Below, one piece after another: positions 11,362 through 24,602 of a stretch of DNA of 64,000 bases. Origin of the DNA: Nemertoderma westbladi (taxonomy: Eukaryota; Animalia; Xenacoelomorpha); contig JAUCBJ010001040.1 in the NCBI GenBank assembly GCA_032718475.1, forward strand, positions 22,079 through 86,078, given 5' to 3'. The position numbers and the translations under genes are program-made. The notes under the pieces were generated by a model. The model was not told where the DNA came from, ran no database searches, and worked only from the letters and a program-made list of their open reading frames with translations. Position 1 is the first letter of the stretch. Each line of letters starts with the position of its first letter.

Positions 11362-13485
11362 TCGAGATTTATGTTGAGAAATCTTTCGGCGTTTGAAATC
11401 AAACTTCTTACAACATATAAATTTCTTATTGGCTTTAATTATTGGCTTGGCTGGGATTAATTGTCTTAAATTGGCAATTTAATTCAATTCATGAGGGGAC
11501 ATGAATTTAAAATATATTCCCGTAAATTTTATTATTTTAATTTTGGATGGGCACCAATTTATTCCAGAACATGTCTGGGGATGTCAACGACTGATTCCAG
11601 AAATTTTGTTTTTTAAGTATATCAGTGGGTGCCACGATATCTTAATCGAATAGAATTTCAGTTGGTCGAATAGTTTAACAGATTTACTGTTAAATGAACA
11701 TCTCCTAATATACATATTATTTGCAAATAACAACACCATATCCAGTACTGATTGTTTAAACAGCGATTAACCAGCGATATTAATCGCATATTTGAACCAC
11801 ATGCGCGCGCAATGGCTGGAGCCATTGTTGGCTGGACGTAGAAATGTGTTGCTAGAACAACAACCAACAGAGACCATCACCAAGTGGCAAGGCAGGTCGT
11901 CCTTATAATAACTTGCAGTCAGCCATTGGTTGTCCTGAACAATGAGTCAGGTATAATGATACAAGCTTCTGTGTTTAAACATTGCGTATTCGAATTCAGT
12001 TTCTCTGATAATGAAGAATAGATATGGGGGAATAGAATATATTTGTTGATGTCATCTCCACCTTGTTTGGAGAACTATAGCTTTGTAAAAACACCAAACG
12101 AAATTGTAACACAAATTTGTGTGGGACCAAACTTTTGTTACGACGGCAAGGGAATTCATGCTCTGTATCCGAGAAATAGGGCTATTTATATTGAACTTCA
12201 ATCCACCTGCAGCAATACTGAACAACTTTCTGATTACGAAAAATCGAACCATCGGCTGAAGATGTGGAGGTTGTTTTTCTGCCAACTGGTAGTTCCTATG
12301 TTCCTCCCTTACCAGAGTGTGGGGACAAAAAGGAAGATGCTTTAGTGGAAAACCCTCCTTTAGAATCTACTGGTTATGTCCCAGTTGAACCGGCCAAAGC
12401 AAGTTGTCTTATGGAAGTCCTTGTAGAATTTGGAAATAAAATAGATAGTGGCTCAAACGTTCTGCACAAGTTATCATATTTTGCACCGAATATATAACCC
12501 TGTGATAAGATATGATTTCATTCAAAATTAATAATTTTTCATGGATCTTTTATTAACTAATAAATTAATTGAATTAAACTAATAAAGATGTGAGTTAAAC
12601 CAAAAGGATTACGTTTGGTAACTTCAACAGACTACATACAATTGACCTCCCACAAGGGTGTGTTAAATTTTCAAATTGTTTACTTAGTAATATTATTTAG
12701 CGACAAGTGTAAAATAAATATGTTCGGGTTCATAAATGAGTTCCGGTTAAAGGTATATGATTGCTGATGAGGATACCTTGTCATTTGTAACAGAGGGATC
12801 AGATACCAGTAAGGGCAGTACAATGAAGTTTACCAGAGTTCCTGGGTGGTGTGATCAGATTGATACTGCCAAATATAATAAATTAAAAAACATAGATAAA
12901 AAAAAGACTATTTTACAATGGCTGATTGTGTATGGTGGTGATTTACAGCCACTTTACTCTTTATACATTTACATTATATAATTTAATCTTTCTCCTTTTT
13001 AAAACAGCTGCACAGATTTTACTCTTTACCTTTTTATTAATTAAAGATTGAGATTTTTTTTACTCTTTACATTTTTTAATAACACATATTTTACTCTTTA
13101 CCTTTTTTAAATATATGATGATACACATTTTAGTGTTTTTATTTTATGCCATCGGTGTTAATGTGTTAGTAATAACTGGTACCTGGGTACCTTACTTGTT
13201 CGCTGTGGTCAGTATCTAGCATTGACAACTACTGTATGTGTGGGCATGGGGTGAGCCACATAAGTCCAGGTGAGACTTAGCCTTAGCGTAGGGGTATAAT
13301 TAGTGGACCCATCCGTCGTTCTCGGCAATGTTGAACGTTAATAATTCTAATTAAGTCAGTCAATCTTTCATGAAATGGAACCAAACTTTGTAGTATATAA
13401 AAAGTTTAGAAATTCTATACAGAGACATACTTGTATAGTTCACCTGACAATGTTCATGACATGTTGTTACATGACATGTTCATTT

Positions 13486-13982
13486 GAAATGTATTCCATT
13501 AGAATCAGCGCCCTACAAAACCTGAAAATTTGAATTTATAGCATCGTATAAGTGAATTAAAAATTTTGTGTTCTAACTGAAAAGTGCTGGTTACTTGTTT
13601 TTTTCATTTTTTTCCTAAGCATAGAGGACTAAACAGCCATTTATGGTAATCATATCATTTTTATATATTTTCCAATGTATTTTGCGCCCCAGAAAACCTG
13701 TATTGAAAAACAATTTGCCGAAAAATGTAACTTTCAAATTTTGTGAAAATTGTGCACTACGGTACTTGTAATTTTGGTGCTGCAATATTACCACCCCAGT
13801 ACATTTTTTCGAAAATTTTTTTTTCGGTCGGATCCAGACTAGAGATACCTACGTACAAACAAAAAAAATCAGACGTTTTCGTTAATATTTGTAGATTTTA
13901 GAGGGATGGGTCAATATGACCCCCCCCCCCCCCCCCCCCGGTATTTGTACAGCATTTTATAGCCTGGTACTAATAGGGTTAA
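13486..13982 (-). mobile_element. Truncated end of the same piggyBac-like family as 58553-60128
   Basis: Reverse complement of ~58553-59055 with moderate divergence; ends TAATAGGG|ttaa; gggtcaatatgaccc palindrome. Confidence 0.8.
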
Positions 13983-14191
13983 TCTGTATCCTGTCCTGTC
14001 AATCATGAAGTGGAGTGGAAGTGTTGTATATAATTCACAATAGCTATACGTTAGCCTAGCGCAGTTGCTGGCCATATTAAAATGGAGGATTACCCTGTTC
14101 CCACATATTGCAAGGCCAGCCTCTGACGCGATGTACATAAATAAATGAAATATTAACTTGAATTAATTGATAAAGCCCAAACACATTGTTC

Positions 14192-14937
14192 AGTAAGTGA
14201 GAACATGCCCTTGTCACCGCGTTAAGCATAATATACTAGGTTTAGATTCAGAGACCAATTAAGGTGACATAAAAATGGTGGTTTACTGAGTAATATTTCA
14301 GCCAACAGGCATTTATCAAACTCAAACAATCAGATATATCTACCGACAGAGAAGCACAGTACAGACTCAGAATGCAATTCAAATTTCCCTCTAAAGACTA
14401 TTGCACCAAAAAAGCCAGATCGAAAAATAGCACAATCAGAAGATGGCCAGATCGAAAAATAGCACAATCTATATATATACATACAAAAACACCAAGCATT
14501 AACATACATCACGCTAAAGATTTCGATACGGGATGGTAGGTAATATAAACATTATCACGGGTACAAAAAATTTCTTTATATACTTTTTTTATATATTTTC
14601 TACTATTACGACACACGCTAAATTTAGAATAGACTTTTTTCAATCATTTTTTCAATTTGGTGCAATTAAAATTAGAAACATTAAATTAGTTGAAGTACTG
14701 TATATCTTTTTTTCTTTTTTTGGTGCAATAGTCTTTAGAGGGAAATTTGAATTGCATTCTGAGTCTGTACTGTGCTTCTCTGTCGGTAGATATATCTGAT
14801 TGTTTGAGTTTGATAAATGCCTGTTGGCTGAAATATTACTCAGTAAACCACCATTTTTCTGTCACCTTAATTGGTCTCTGAATCTAAACCTAGTATATTA
14901 TGCTTAACGCGGTGACAAGGGCACGTTCTCACTTACT
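14192..14937. repeat. Fold-back inverted repeat, ~222-bp arms (14192-14413 / 14715-14937), ~300-bp spacer
   Basis: Arms are near-perfect reverse complements; both ORF-track peptides end FFGAIVFRGKFELHSESVLCFSVGRYI. Confidence 0.95.
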
Positions 14938-17499
14938 AAACTGTAACATTTCGCAGGACATTCATTCAATTTCTATAACAAGACGCAATTTTTTTTATTA
15001 TATGGCTGTGTTGTCTGTTTGAAACCGAAAAGGTCGAACCTTACCGTGCCACTTGGTACATAATTGTTAAATACTGTAGATTTAAATTTAATACAAAAGA
15101 TAAATGCGAATTAGGTACCTATAAATATTTATTTGTAATAATCACACTCTTTGAAAACCTGTGGCCCATATGACCCATGCTGCAATTAAACGTGGTAATA
15201 AAACTGAAGTAAAAAGCTCGAATAAATTTAACTTTTAACAAATTATGTTATTTAAATCCAAAAAAACCTGTTAAAAACCAAAAATAATTTTGCTAATGAT
15301 GGGAACCTAATTGTAGTGTCATAGGGATAGTGAATTAAAATTATATTATTATCTATTAACTTAGTATTAATTATTAAATTATTTATACTATTAATTAAAA
15401 AACTTACTCTTAGCTGCTCTCCGGTGAAGTAGAGCGACGTAAACTGCCACGATGAAAACACATGTGGCAGTACACGTCGCCAGGAGGCAGGAGAACGTCG
15501 CCCTCAATGGCCCAGGCGGCCGGCCCAGGTTGACGGAAACAGGGGCATTGGCCGCTGGTCCCTTTTAACCCATGGCAAACAGCCCCTCCACATACTCTCT
15601 TCATTGTTGTCTAGAATATAAAATGTATAATAAGTGTCATTGACATGGGAATATTCATAAATGAGTGTAGCTCGTGTACATACTGTAATACATTACATTT
15701 TTATCAACAACTGTACTGTTGGTACAAAAGATTATGTATCACGAAATTGAAAGTTTCCTCTGTAGTTATAACGTTGAGAACCAATTAACCAACCTACTAT
15801 CTCACCCTGATAATGCATAACAACATTAAACAAAACCACACACGTTATATAAGATGTAAGAGAGCCAGCCCTAGTTAACAATATTATAAAATATAATATT
15901 AAAAACATATAACTTAAATAAATAATTAATTAAAATTAATAGAACAATAAAAGATTAAACAAATCCGGCGTGACTGCAAATACCGAAATATGAAAAAATC
16001 AACACAATATTAATTAATATTTGTTATTATTATAATAGGCTAAGTAAGGGTTGACACTTATATTAGGAATGCCATCATATAGTAACCCGACTTCAATCTT
16101 TTAACGGGTGGCTGCTGGGTGGTCTTACCGGTACCCTTTTTTTTATGAGCAGTTACTATATTAACTACCACACAGGATAGATGCGCCCGCTCCATAACAG
16201 GTGGCGCAACTATAACCTGTGTGGCAGTTACTACGTTCATATATTTTGGGGGAATTGCCTCATACCTATCCTTATCCATCTGAAATGTTAAAAATAATAA
16301 TATCAGTAGGCCTATAGAACAAATATTATAAGTATGAACAAAGTTATGATTGTTATAATTTTCATGCGGTTGAGTAAGAATTTCGCCCGAAAGAGTCTTA
16401 ATTTACCAGTCTTGAGTCTGGCAGCGCTGGTGATGATGATGGAGTAGATGTTAGGATATTGGATTTAGAACCAGAACCATATTTATCTTGGAGGAAGACA
16501 GATGTATCTATAGATATTATGTGTTTTACAGGGGAGCAATTACACAAGATATACATACTATACACAATTTACACAAGAATGAGGAACTGTGTAATCAGGT
16601 GGTGGCTGATAGTTCTCCTTGCCACAATCATCGCAATAACCCCTATAGGGATCCAGCGAATATCCTTCATAACTCATTACATTATTAAAAGTTTATATAC
16701 CTCGGTTAACCAAATACATAAATAATGAAAGTTATAACAAAGTATACCAGTACAGTGTATATTTACGTATAGGGCCTATAGTTCTAGAAGATCTGAAGGT
16801 TCTACCATAAATTTGAGTAGGAGGAAAATTGGTTTGGGGCCCCGTTTTAGAAAGCATGAAACAAGCAATCCATCTAGAATATATTAATAAATTAGAAATT
16901 GAAAAAAGCCCCAATTTTGTGTAAACGACCACACGAAAAGCAAAAGCTACGATTAACTCTAATATAGTGAACAATTAATTATTATAATAATAATTGTCTA
17001 TATTATACCATAAAACTGAATCCATGGAAGAAAAAACAAATAAAAGTCAAGATGTCCATTACTCTATAGTTGAAATTGCAGTAATTGATCAATTATCAGA
17101 AAAAATGACGAAATTTGGTATTTTCAAGCCATTTGTGGAAGGGTCACATTAACTTTAAATTCCAACTACAGATATTTTTGTTAAGTACCATGAATTCTTC
17201 AATATTTGCTGGGAGAAATCTTTTATATATAAAATCTAATTTTTCTCAGCTTTCATCCAAAAATTCTAGTTTGCGGCAAAATTTTCAGATTTGAAATTTG
17301 TTGTGGAGGGGTCAACCTTTATTTTAAAAAGATTTTTCTTTTATTTTCTGAGTTTTCTCAACACAATACCACTTTCTGTAAGAAAGAAAATCTAAAATTA
17401 AAAAAAAAAAAATTTCATTCACCCCTAATGTGTATGTGAATTATTCAAAATTTTGATATTTATAGTTAAGTTTTGGTTTGATTTTTTAACTTATCACTT

Positions 17500-17618
17500 A
17501 CCTGTATATCCACACTTTCGATGCTGCCATCTGTTGCATTCATCGCACTGCAAAGCCTGCTGACGAACTGTCACTTCTCTGATACACACAACGCACGTGT
17601 CGGGGTTGGGCATCATAA
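17500..17618 (-). pseudogene. PHD-finger first exon, probably of a MULE-type transposase gene
   Basis: MMPNPDTCVVC..QALQCDECNRWQHRKCGYTG then ag|gtaagt donor. Confidence 0.6.
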
Positions 17619-18845
17619 AGAAAATCGAATTACAAAGTGAGACAAATTTTAAAAGAACAACTTGAGACAGCTTAAATAGCAAAATATTTAAAAGCGAAAA
17701 TAACTAGCCAAGCAAGTGAAAATGAGCAATGCCAGAACCAGTGGGTGGTAGAGATAGCACACAGCCTGTCCACTTTATCTTGAACTGAACCAATCATATT
17801 AAGCACAACGGAATGACTCACTTTTCTTCTTCTTGTTTAGATAGAGGTGTAACAAACAGGACTAGTTAGAGGCGTAATGATGGCCTCCTGTTCCAGCTTA
17901 TTCTTTACAGTTTACACGCAATCAAATATCCCCATCTTGTATGTCATGTAAGGAAGGTAGCAAAGTGTAGCTTGGTATACAAAGAAAGTAAAATATTGTA
18001 AAAAATAGTGAAAAATATTGCAATAATATCGAACATATGATAACAACAAATGAAATAAACATATTTTCACTGCAGAGTCAGCAAATCAATAATGTTCGCT
18101 TATAATATTAATGAGAGTAAGCGTCACCCAACAACTATTATATGCATTATGACACTATAAATAAAATACGTTACCCCAACCTAGGATATCTCCGGACTAC
18201 CTTTTGTTGTATATCCATATATCTAAAAATGTGTTTTTCTGCATCAGTTAAAATGTCAGTATTCTTTCGGTTAATATACATTTTTGGAATTTCAATAAGA
18301 TTGATATTCTATTTGGTTAAATTTCACACCATTTACATTTTGCTCTATATCCAATGCAACATAATGGAAAGAATGGGAAAATTATCTTCCAATATCGAAA
18401 TGTTGAATAATGTGAATTTTCTAATCGCAACTCTTTGAATTATGCTCTGCTAATTTTAGAGTTTGCGAGTGGATACCGGCAATATACTGTCTCCTTATCT
18501 ATTGTAAACACCCAATACTCTAGGACTTCTAGTAACGAATGGTCTGATACAAACTTTATTACAAGGTGGGACATGTTGTGGAGTGGAGTTGTTCTTAATT
18601 AAACATAGTCAATAAACGCTACAATATAATCTAGTTAATTAAATCAATATATAAGCACTTATTTATACTACTACTAGTACTACTGGTACTGGTAGGAAAA
18701 GACGCGGGAATATCACCTCCACACCATTTTCCATAAGGTCTGCTACCCGTGGTAGTGCAGTAATTACTTAGTACAACACCAACAATAAGACGGAAATATA
18801 AGAAACTGGAAACCTTTTCAACACCGAAAAGATCTTCCAATTTGA

Positions 18846-19360
18846 GTGAAAACCTTCATGAATACTGTCGAAACTCTGTTTTATCAGTTTCGAGCAAGAG
18901 CTGGGTCTGTAGAAAATGAAATGGGAACTATACATAAATCCTATTACAGCAGTAATTTTAAGAAAATGGATGCTGCCAATATGCCACCACCACCTACTGC
19001 CGATGACGATTTACCATCAACCAGTGCGGACAATCAACCCGAAATAGTCTTTCCCTCACCCCCAAGGTCGAGATTGTGGCGCACCTTGGCTATGGAGTAT
19101 ACCCAAATGGATATACAAATTCATCCTGGTAGTCCTTTAGGTCTACAACAAAGTAAAGAAACACAGGTGGAAGATGGCGAGTTTGTTGTAGGGTCTGGGC
19201 GTGTGGGACTACATTCATCAGAAGTTCAGATCTGGTTTGGATTCAATGCTCCCACACTGCTTTCAGCAAGAAATGCAAGATGTGGTGTGAATCGCGATGT
19301 GCAGGATTCGTTGTAAATTCAAATAATCGATCTGTTTTCGAAAGGGCCTACAAAAAATTA
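18846..19360 (+). pseudogene. Degenerate transposase-like C-terminus with PHD-like finger
   Basis: Alternative frame reads CGTTFIRSSDLVWIQCS..KCKMWCESRCAG. Confidence 0.35.
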
Positions 19361-19989
19361 ATTTCCTATGCAATAAACATAGAAAGTAATATTTCAACTA
19401 GGCCTATTTTATAGATTTTGTTCATCCTATGTAATTTGTATTTAGAATGTAATAATTGATCGTAGCCTATAGTTTCTCGTACTATCTATATCCATATCTA
19501 TATCTATCTATCTATATAATACTAATATACATATACTAGGCTTATACTAATATATAACTTCTTACTATATCATAATAATTTTCGGAACTGTCTTTATTGT
19601 ATTAACATCATAATCAGTGAGTCAGTGCAATATTTGAAATATCATGTATTTTATAACTCTAATTTACTAGGCCTATAGTTTTTGGTTAATAAGAATTAAA
19701 AATATTGACTAAATAAAAGTAAAATAATAAAAATATCTTTATTTTTAAATTTTTTAAATTACATTTTTATCTACACAAATATATTTAGGCCTTTCTATTA
19801 CATTTCTCTGCAATAATCATAGAAAATAATATAGATCAATTATTTGTAAATAAATATATATTGAAGTGCATGAATAAGTGGCATAAAATCGCCTTTGTAA
19901 TTCCTTTTATACGTACAATTTATACATTACATTATATTACACATTATACTTACATATACATATTTTTATGCTTAAAAGATCATTTTCGT

Positions 19990-21479
19990 TGTGTATTTGC
20001 CATGTTCTTCTTCATGCATGACTCGATTACTGCAACCGAAAAATGGGTACTAAGATTATCTTTGGAACAAACACACAAACACTTCAATGGAAGAAACACT
20101 TTGGAAAAGAAATCTTAGAAGTTAGGGAACTGGAACCATCCATTCCTAGAGCAACCAAAGCGCAAACCTTGTTTGCAGCATCTACCAGTACAGAATGGCT
20201 CTCCTTTTGGGCCACCACTAACCCATCCTGGGTATAGATTTTCTGCTTTGAATACCACAGCTGGTGGCAATACCACACCACTGGCTGAACCACACCACAT
20301 TACACTGGTTGACGTTTTTGATGAGTGTAATTTTTCATCTGGAAATTTAGTTCCCTTTCGAAACAGAAGGATTTTTCTACCCGGGTTATCCACCATGGCA
20401 GTCTCATCGTAATTAAAAATATTATCTGGTGGAATATCATTAAGGGATGTTGTAAGATTTGAAAATAATTCAACGACCACATTTGATGTTAGGCTATTAG
20501 ATCAATATGGTGAAAGGTTGTTAGCTAAACATGCCGATATATCCTTCGTATGTCGTTTCAAAAAACTACAGACCCACTCACGTCCTGGTAGATTGTCTTT
20601 AAAGCAATTTACCATTACCCCTGCCCTATCTAAATATCCTTTAACAATCAAACGCAAATCCATAGAATCTAGGGGATAACCCCAGTCACCAATTAGACAA
20701 ATAGTATTAACCATGGTTTTTTCTTCATCCGGTTTAAGGGCAGTTTGGCCACCATGTTTTCCAATATGTTGTTTCCGAACTTGGTTGTTAATAGTTTGTT
20801 TTGGTATTCCATACTTCTGTTCTACTTCTCGGTATGTTAACTGTGTATTTATTACATCATTCACTGCTGCAGCTAAATCTTCCTTTGTGTAGTCTGCATA
20901 ATGACGTGCTCCCAACTTCCATTTATGATTACGTGGCATTGCTATTTAGTTTAGGCTTTACCAACCATCAAAGATCATTATGTACTGTACCACAAGACTA
21001 AACTGCATGCATAATACGTATAATTTGCCTACCGGTATATATCTAATGCAGAACAGGCCTACACTATTTGAACTTCCCAGAAAGTTATGAAATATTTATT
21101 ATATCCATATTGATATAATATCCATAATGATATTATCATCCAAAATTCAATGCTATTGCACAAAAAACAAAATAACAATACCATTTAGATACAGTACTTG
21201 ACATATAAGTGCAAAAAATATGCAATACATAGTTATCTTGGAATTTTGATATGGGTTGTAAAAGGTAACAAAATATCATAATTATTAGATCAAAATTCAG
21301 AGTAGTTTCATATTCTGTGGATATTTATAGAAATATAGACTTAAAATTAATATTAGACAATCTTCTAAAACTATAATATTCTAAAAATATTCATTTCTAA
21401 CTACTGAAGAAGTAACATAATTTTTATTTTTTTTATGTCCAATGACACCTCCTTTGTCCAATTTCACCCCACACCACTG
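19990..21479 (-). mobile_element. pogo/Tigger (Tc1-mariner) element: 5' TIR plus degenerate HTH_psq-CENPB-DDE_1 transposase
   Basis: YTKEDLAAAV..KYGIPKQTI; GDWGYPL; PGREWVCSFLKRH; IFNYDET; DNLSTHFS; terminus CAGTGGTGTGGGGTGAAATTGGACA at 21479-21455. Confidence 0.85.
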
Positions 21480-21789
21480 CACCATTTAGGCTATATATTA
21501 TTGTTGTCACTAGATTACAGGACGATCACAGCGAGGCGTAGAATGGGGATGAGTATTGTATTTTAACAATTCCTAAATGACAATGTTCAGCACATTGAAT
21601 GTATATCATTTATACAGTACCGTTAGGGGAATGTTGTAGGCTATATACTATTGTTGTGACAAGACATACAGGACGATCACAGCGAGGCTTGCAAGGGAGG
21701 TGAGTACTTATATCTTATACCTATATCTTATCTTATACTTATATCCTAAGGATAAAAGTAAAAAATTAAATTTTCATGCTAACCAAGAG

Positions 21790-22445
21790 TTACCAGATGT
21801 TTGAAATACTCATTATAGACAGTGGTAGTTTCATCCATCTATTTAACACCATATAAGGCGCCTGGTGGCCCACCTTCCATCCATTCCCCATATACATTAT
21901 TTCCTTGATAAACAATGTGCGGTGGGTAATTTTTCCCTGAGGCACTCGCAGTAGAGAGGATTGTGTATTGCTCCTTGCCTGACCCAGGGATAATGTTAGT
22001 TTGATTTTTGGCTCCTTTCTTTGCAGTGATATTTTTTCGATTTGGGTTGGTTTCCATTCCACTTTCATCAAAACTTAATATTTGTGCTGGCCTATCTGTC
22101 AATTCAAGATTGTCAATATATTTTTTCAGAAGGGCAAACCATGCTTCGACTACTGTGCGATTGGAGCCCATTGTCCTCGACAATGTGAGCAATTCAGGGG
22201 TACGTATTGATAACTCACATTTCCAGTGCTTCATGAAAAGACGATACCACTCCTCACCGGGTCGCCCATCTGTTTTCGGAAAGAGATCTTCTTTTCCTAT
22301 CTTATTTATATAAGATTCTGTTAAGTCCAAAATTCACATTTCCCTAGTGGAAATCCAAACTCTGTAAACGATTTCACAACTGAGACCAAGCATCTTCTTC
22401 TTCTTTTGAAAACCTACTTGGTCTTCCAGACCCCATCTTTGTAGA
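21790..22445 (-). mobile_element. Second pogo-like transposase fragment (CENPB-HTH + DDE_1 start)
   Basis: GSGRP..GFPL..RPGEEWYRLFMKHW..ILSFDESG..YPPHIVYQG..WMEGGPPGALYG. Confidence 0.85.
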
Positions 22446-22476
22446 TGTTCTCCATTTTTCCAGATGTTATTAGATT

Positions 22477-22830
22477 TTATGAAATTTTTTTTTTGAAAAT
22501 GCAGTCACTGGATGTATGTTTAATCCATGTGTAATTGTTCAAGCCTAAAAAAAATACCCATTTAAAAGAATCTTTATAATTTCTTGGCTTTGGAGCAGCT
22601 GCCCCCACAGGAGGCACCTCAATTCGTGCAGGCCAAAAAGTACTGCCCTTCCTCAGGCGCACACAGACTAAAGCCTCTTCTCCACACTCGACATCTTCTT
22701 GCCTGTTATCTTCACTACAACCATCTGCCGAGGCATCTTGATACAATATTTCTTCTTCATCGTATGTGCTGCTTGATATATAGGGTTCAGGGACAGTTTT
22801 TTTCTGTTTTTTTTTTATCTTTTGGGTTGG
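22477..22830 (-). pseudogene. PWWP-like domain preceded by a basic and acidic linker, embedded in pogo sequence (second copy 37961-38314)
   Basis: EALVCVRLRKGSTFWPARI..WVFFLGLNNYTWI fits the PWWP consensus (LVWAK..PWWPA.I..V.FFG..YAW); pogo TIR-like gggtaaaatttggaca at ~23058-23073. Confidence 0.65.
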
Positions 22831-23167
22831 TCATGAGGCAATGCCAAATTTCTTGATATGATTTAATAATAATATATTGCTGTTAAGCAGCTTATACATT
22901 GGTGGATATTTGTTGTTCCGACTTGTTTTCGTTTCTGACATGAATGAGGGAACATTTTTTCCATTAACTATTCAACTTGTTAGTAATACATAAATATCAC
23001 CCCCCTGCTTTCGTGAGGAATATGAGAGTGTCACTAAGAGAATACGAATAACGCTCATGTCCAAATTTTACCCAGATATCTAACATCTCAAAAATATACT
23101 TCAGGAAACCATAAAGTTTGAACCGAACCTACCCACCCCCCCCCCCCCCCCCCCCTCCTTCCCCCTG

Positions 23168-23419
23168 GTTTGAAACACAAACCAGTACGGCAATGGACGT
23201 AGGGAAGTCCACATGGACAGCGCCATCTGGCTCGTTTGTTGCACCTGGGGATGGAACATAGAGACTCATTGTTCAGATGTTGGTGCACCAGCAGACAGTC
23301 CTGGTGAATGGAGCATCTCACGTTGGATTGGCCGGCAAAATGTGAGAGTAAAGACTTGGACAGATGATGGTCCATTTTCTTTACAAATATTAGTTCTTCG
23401 AAGTGTTTGAATGTGGAAA
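23168..23419 (-). repeat. Inverted 252-bp copy of 1239-1490 (again at 38652-38903)
   Basis: Identical peptide MDHHLSKSLL...GLCFK; reverse-complement match. Confidence 0.95.
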
Positions 23420-24120
23420 AGCTGGATAACGTATTGGAACAAATTTCATTAGCTTTGGTGTCCTGGAAGGAATAATTATCATTCCACCTGAAAATTGTAT
23501 TACATTCTGTTCCTATAGATTGGAGGTAGTGGAGTCCATTACTAAGAATTACACAACCGGGGCTACTGCTACTTGGAGGTAAAGATGGGCATTCTAGAAC
23601 ACCCCCCAGAAAACGGCGAGTGCCATCTCGGATATATAACCCAATAGCATCCCCATTGGAGCGGTTTACCTCATGCCGAATGGAGATCCCTGGACAGTGG
23701 CTAGAACTGTAGCACTTTTTGTTACAAGGGAGAGTTGTTGGTGCCCATTTGGGTAACTAATTAAAACAACATTATGTAATGTCTCCTCAGTTTGGGTTTG
23801 GAATGAATACCTCGCTTTATTTAACGTTGAATATACAACTTTTACTAAGTCTTTAATAAAGTCGGCAGGGTTTTCTACTGACAGAAGATGCTTATGGAGT
23901 GGAGGTGAAGATGACAGGATAGAAACTAAATGACTTTGGAGGGGGAATTTAGTTCACAGTGGGAAGTAAGGGTCGACTTCCACTGCTCCTACTATATGCA
24001 TGGATGAGTAGGAGATGGAAATTGTTGGTTTGGGAGAATCTATCTCCAGCATCTTTAGATGTGTATTCCTCCCACTGAATAACGGCATCCTCATTGTCCA
24101 TATATGTTCCCCCAGTTAAA

Positions 24121-24584
24121 CTGCATAGACCCTCTTACTAGGGCAAATCTGGTCCCGTAACTAGGACCCCCTTCGTTCTGGGATAAGGACGCCCTTGGTC
24201 CTGGATTAAGGACCCATATACTTGGCTGCAGGGGTATATGGCCTGGCCAGGCAGATGGTGATCTACCAATGGCTGGTCAGGAGTAGAGTGTTATCATGTC
24301 CACTCTGAATGCTCTTCACTGCGACCTGCACCTGGCAGCAGGGGTACAGGGCATGACCCAGCAGATGAGCTGCACACCAATGGTGGGTCATGTGCGCCAG
24401 AGTAGATATGGGTGATGGGCCTCATATCTGACTCCACTGCGACACCCACCCTGTGGAATGGCAATCCAGGGTGTGGCATTTGCCCTGAGAGCTGACTCGG
24501 CAAAAAAGCACCCCCAACCCCTACTATGGATTACATTAGTAATGCAGAGGTCCAGCCACTAGAGGCCAGTGGAATGACTGGACA
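24121..24584 (+). repeat. Inverted copy of RTE 5' region 29001-29465 (again at 39605-40068)
   Basis: Reverse-complement match with about 3 differences seen. Confidence 0.95.
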
Positions 24585-24602
24585 GATAGTAAACAATAAA
24601 CA

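Noticed and set aside
9553-12981. Coding-looking fragments at 9553-10140, 12043-12497 and 12757-12981 (also 23420-24120 and 58054-58281)
   Set aside because: No recognisable motif and multiple stops; cannot be assigned without a search.
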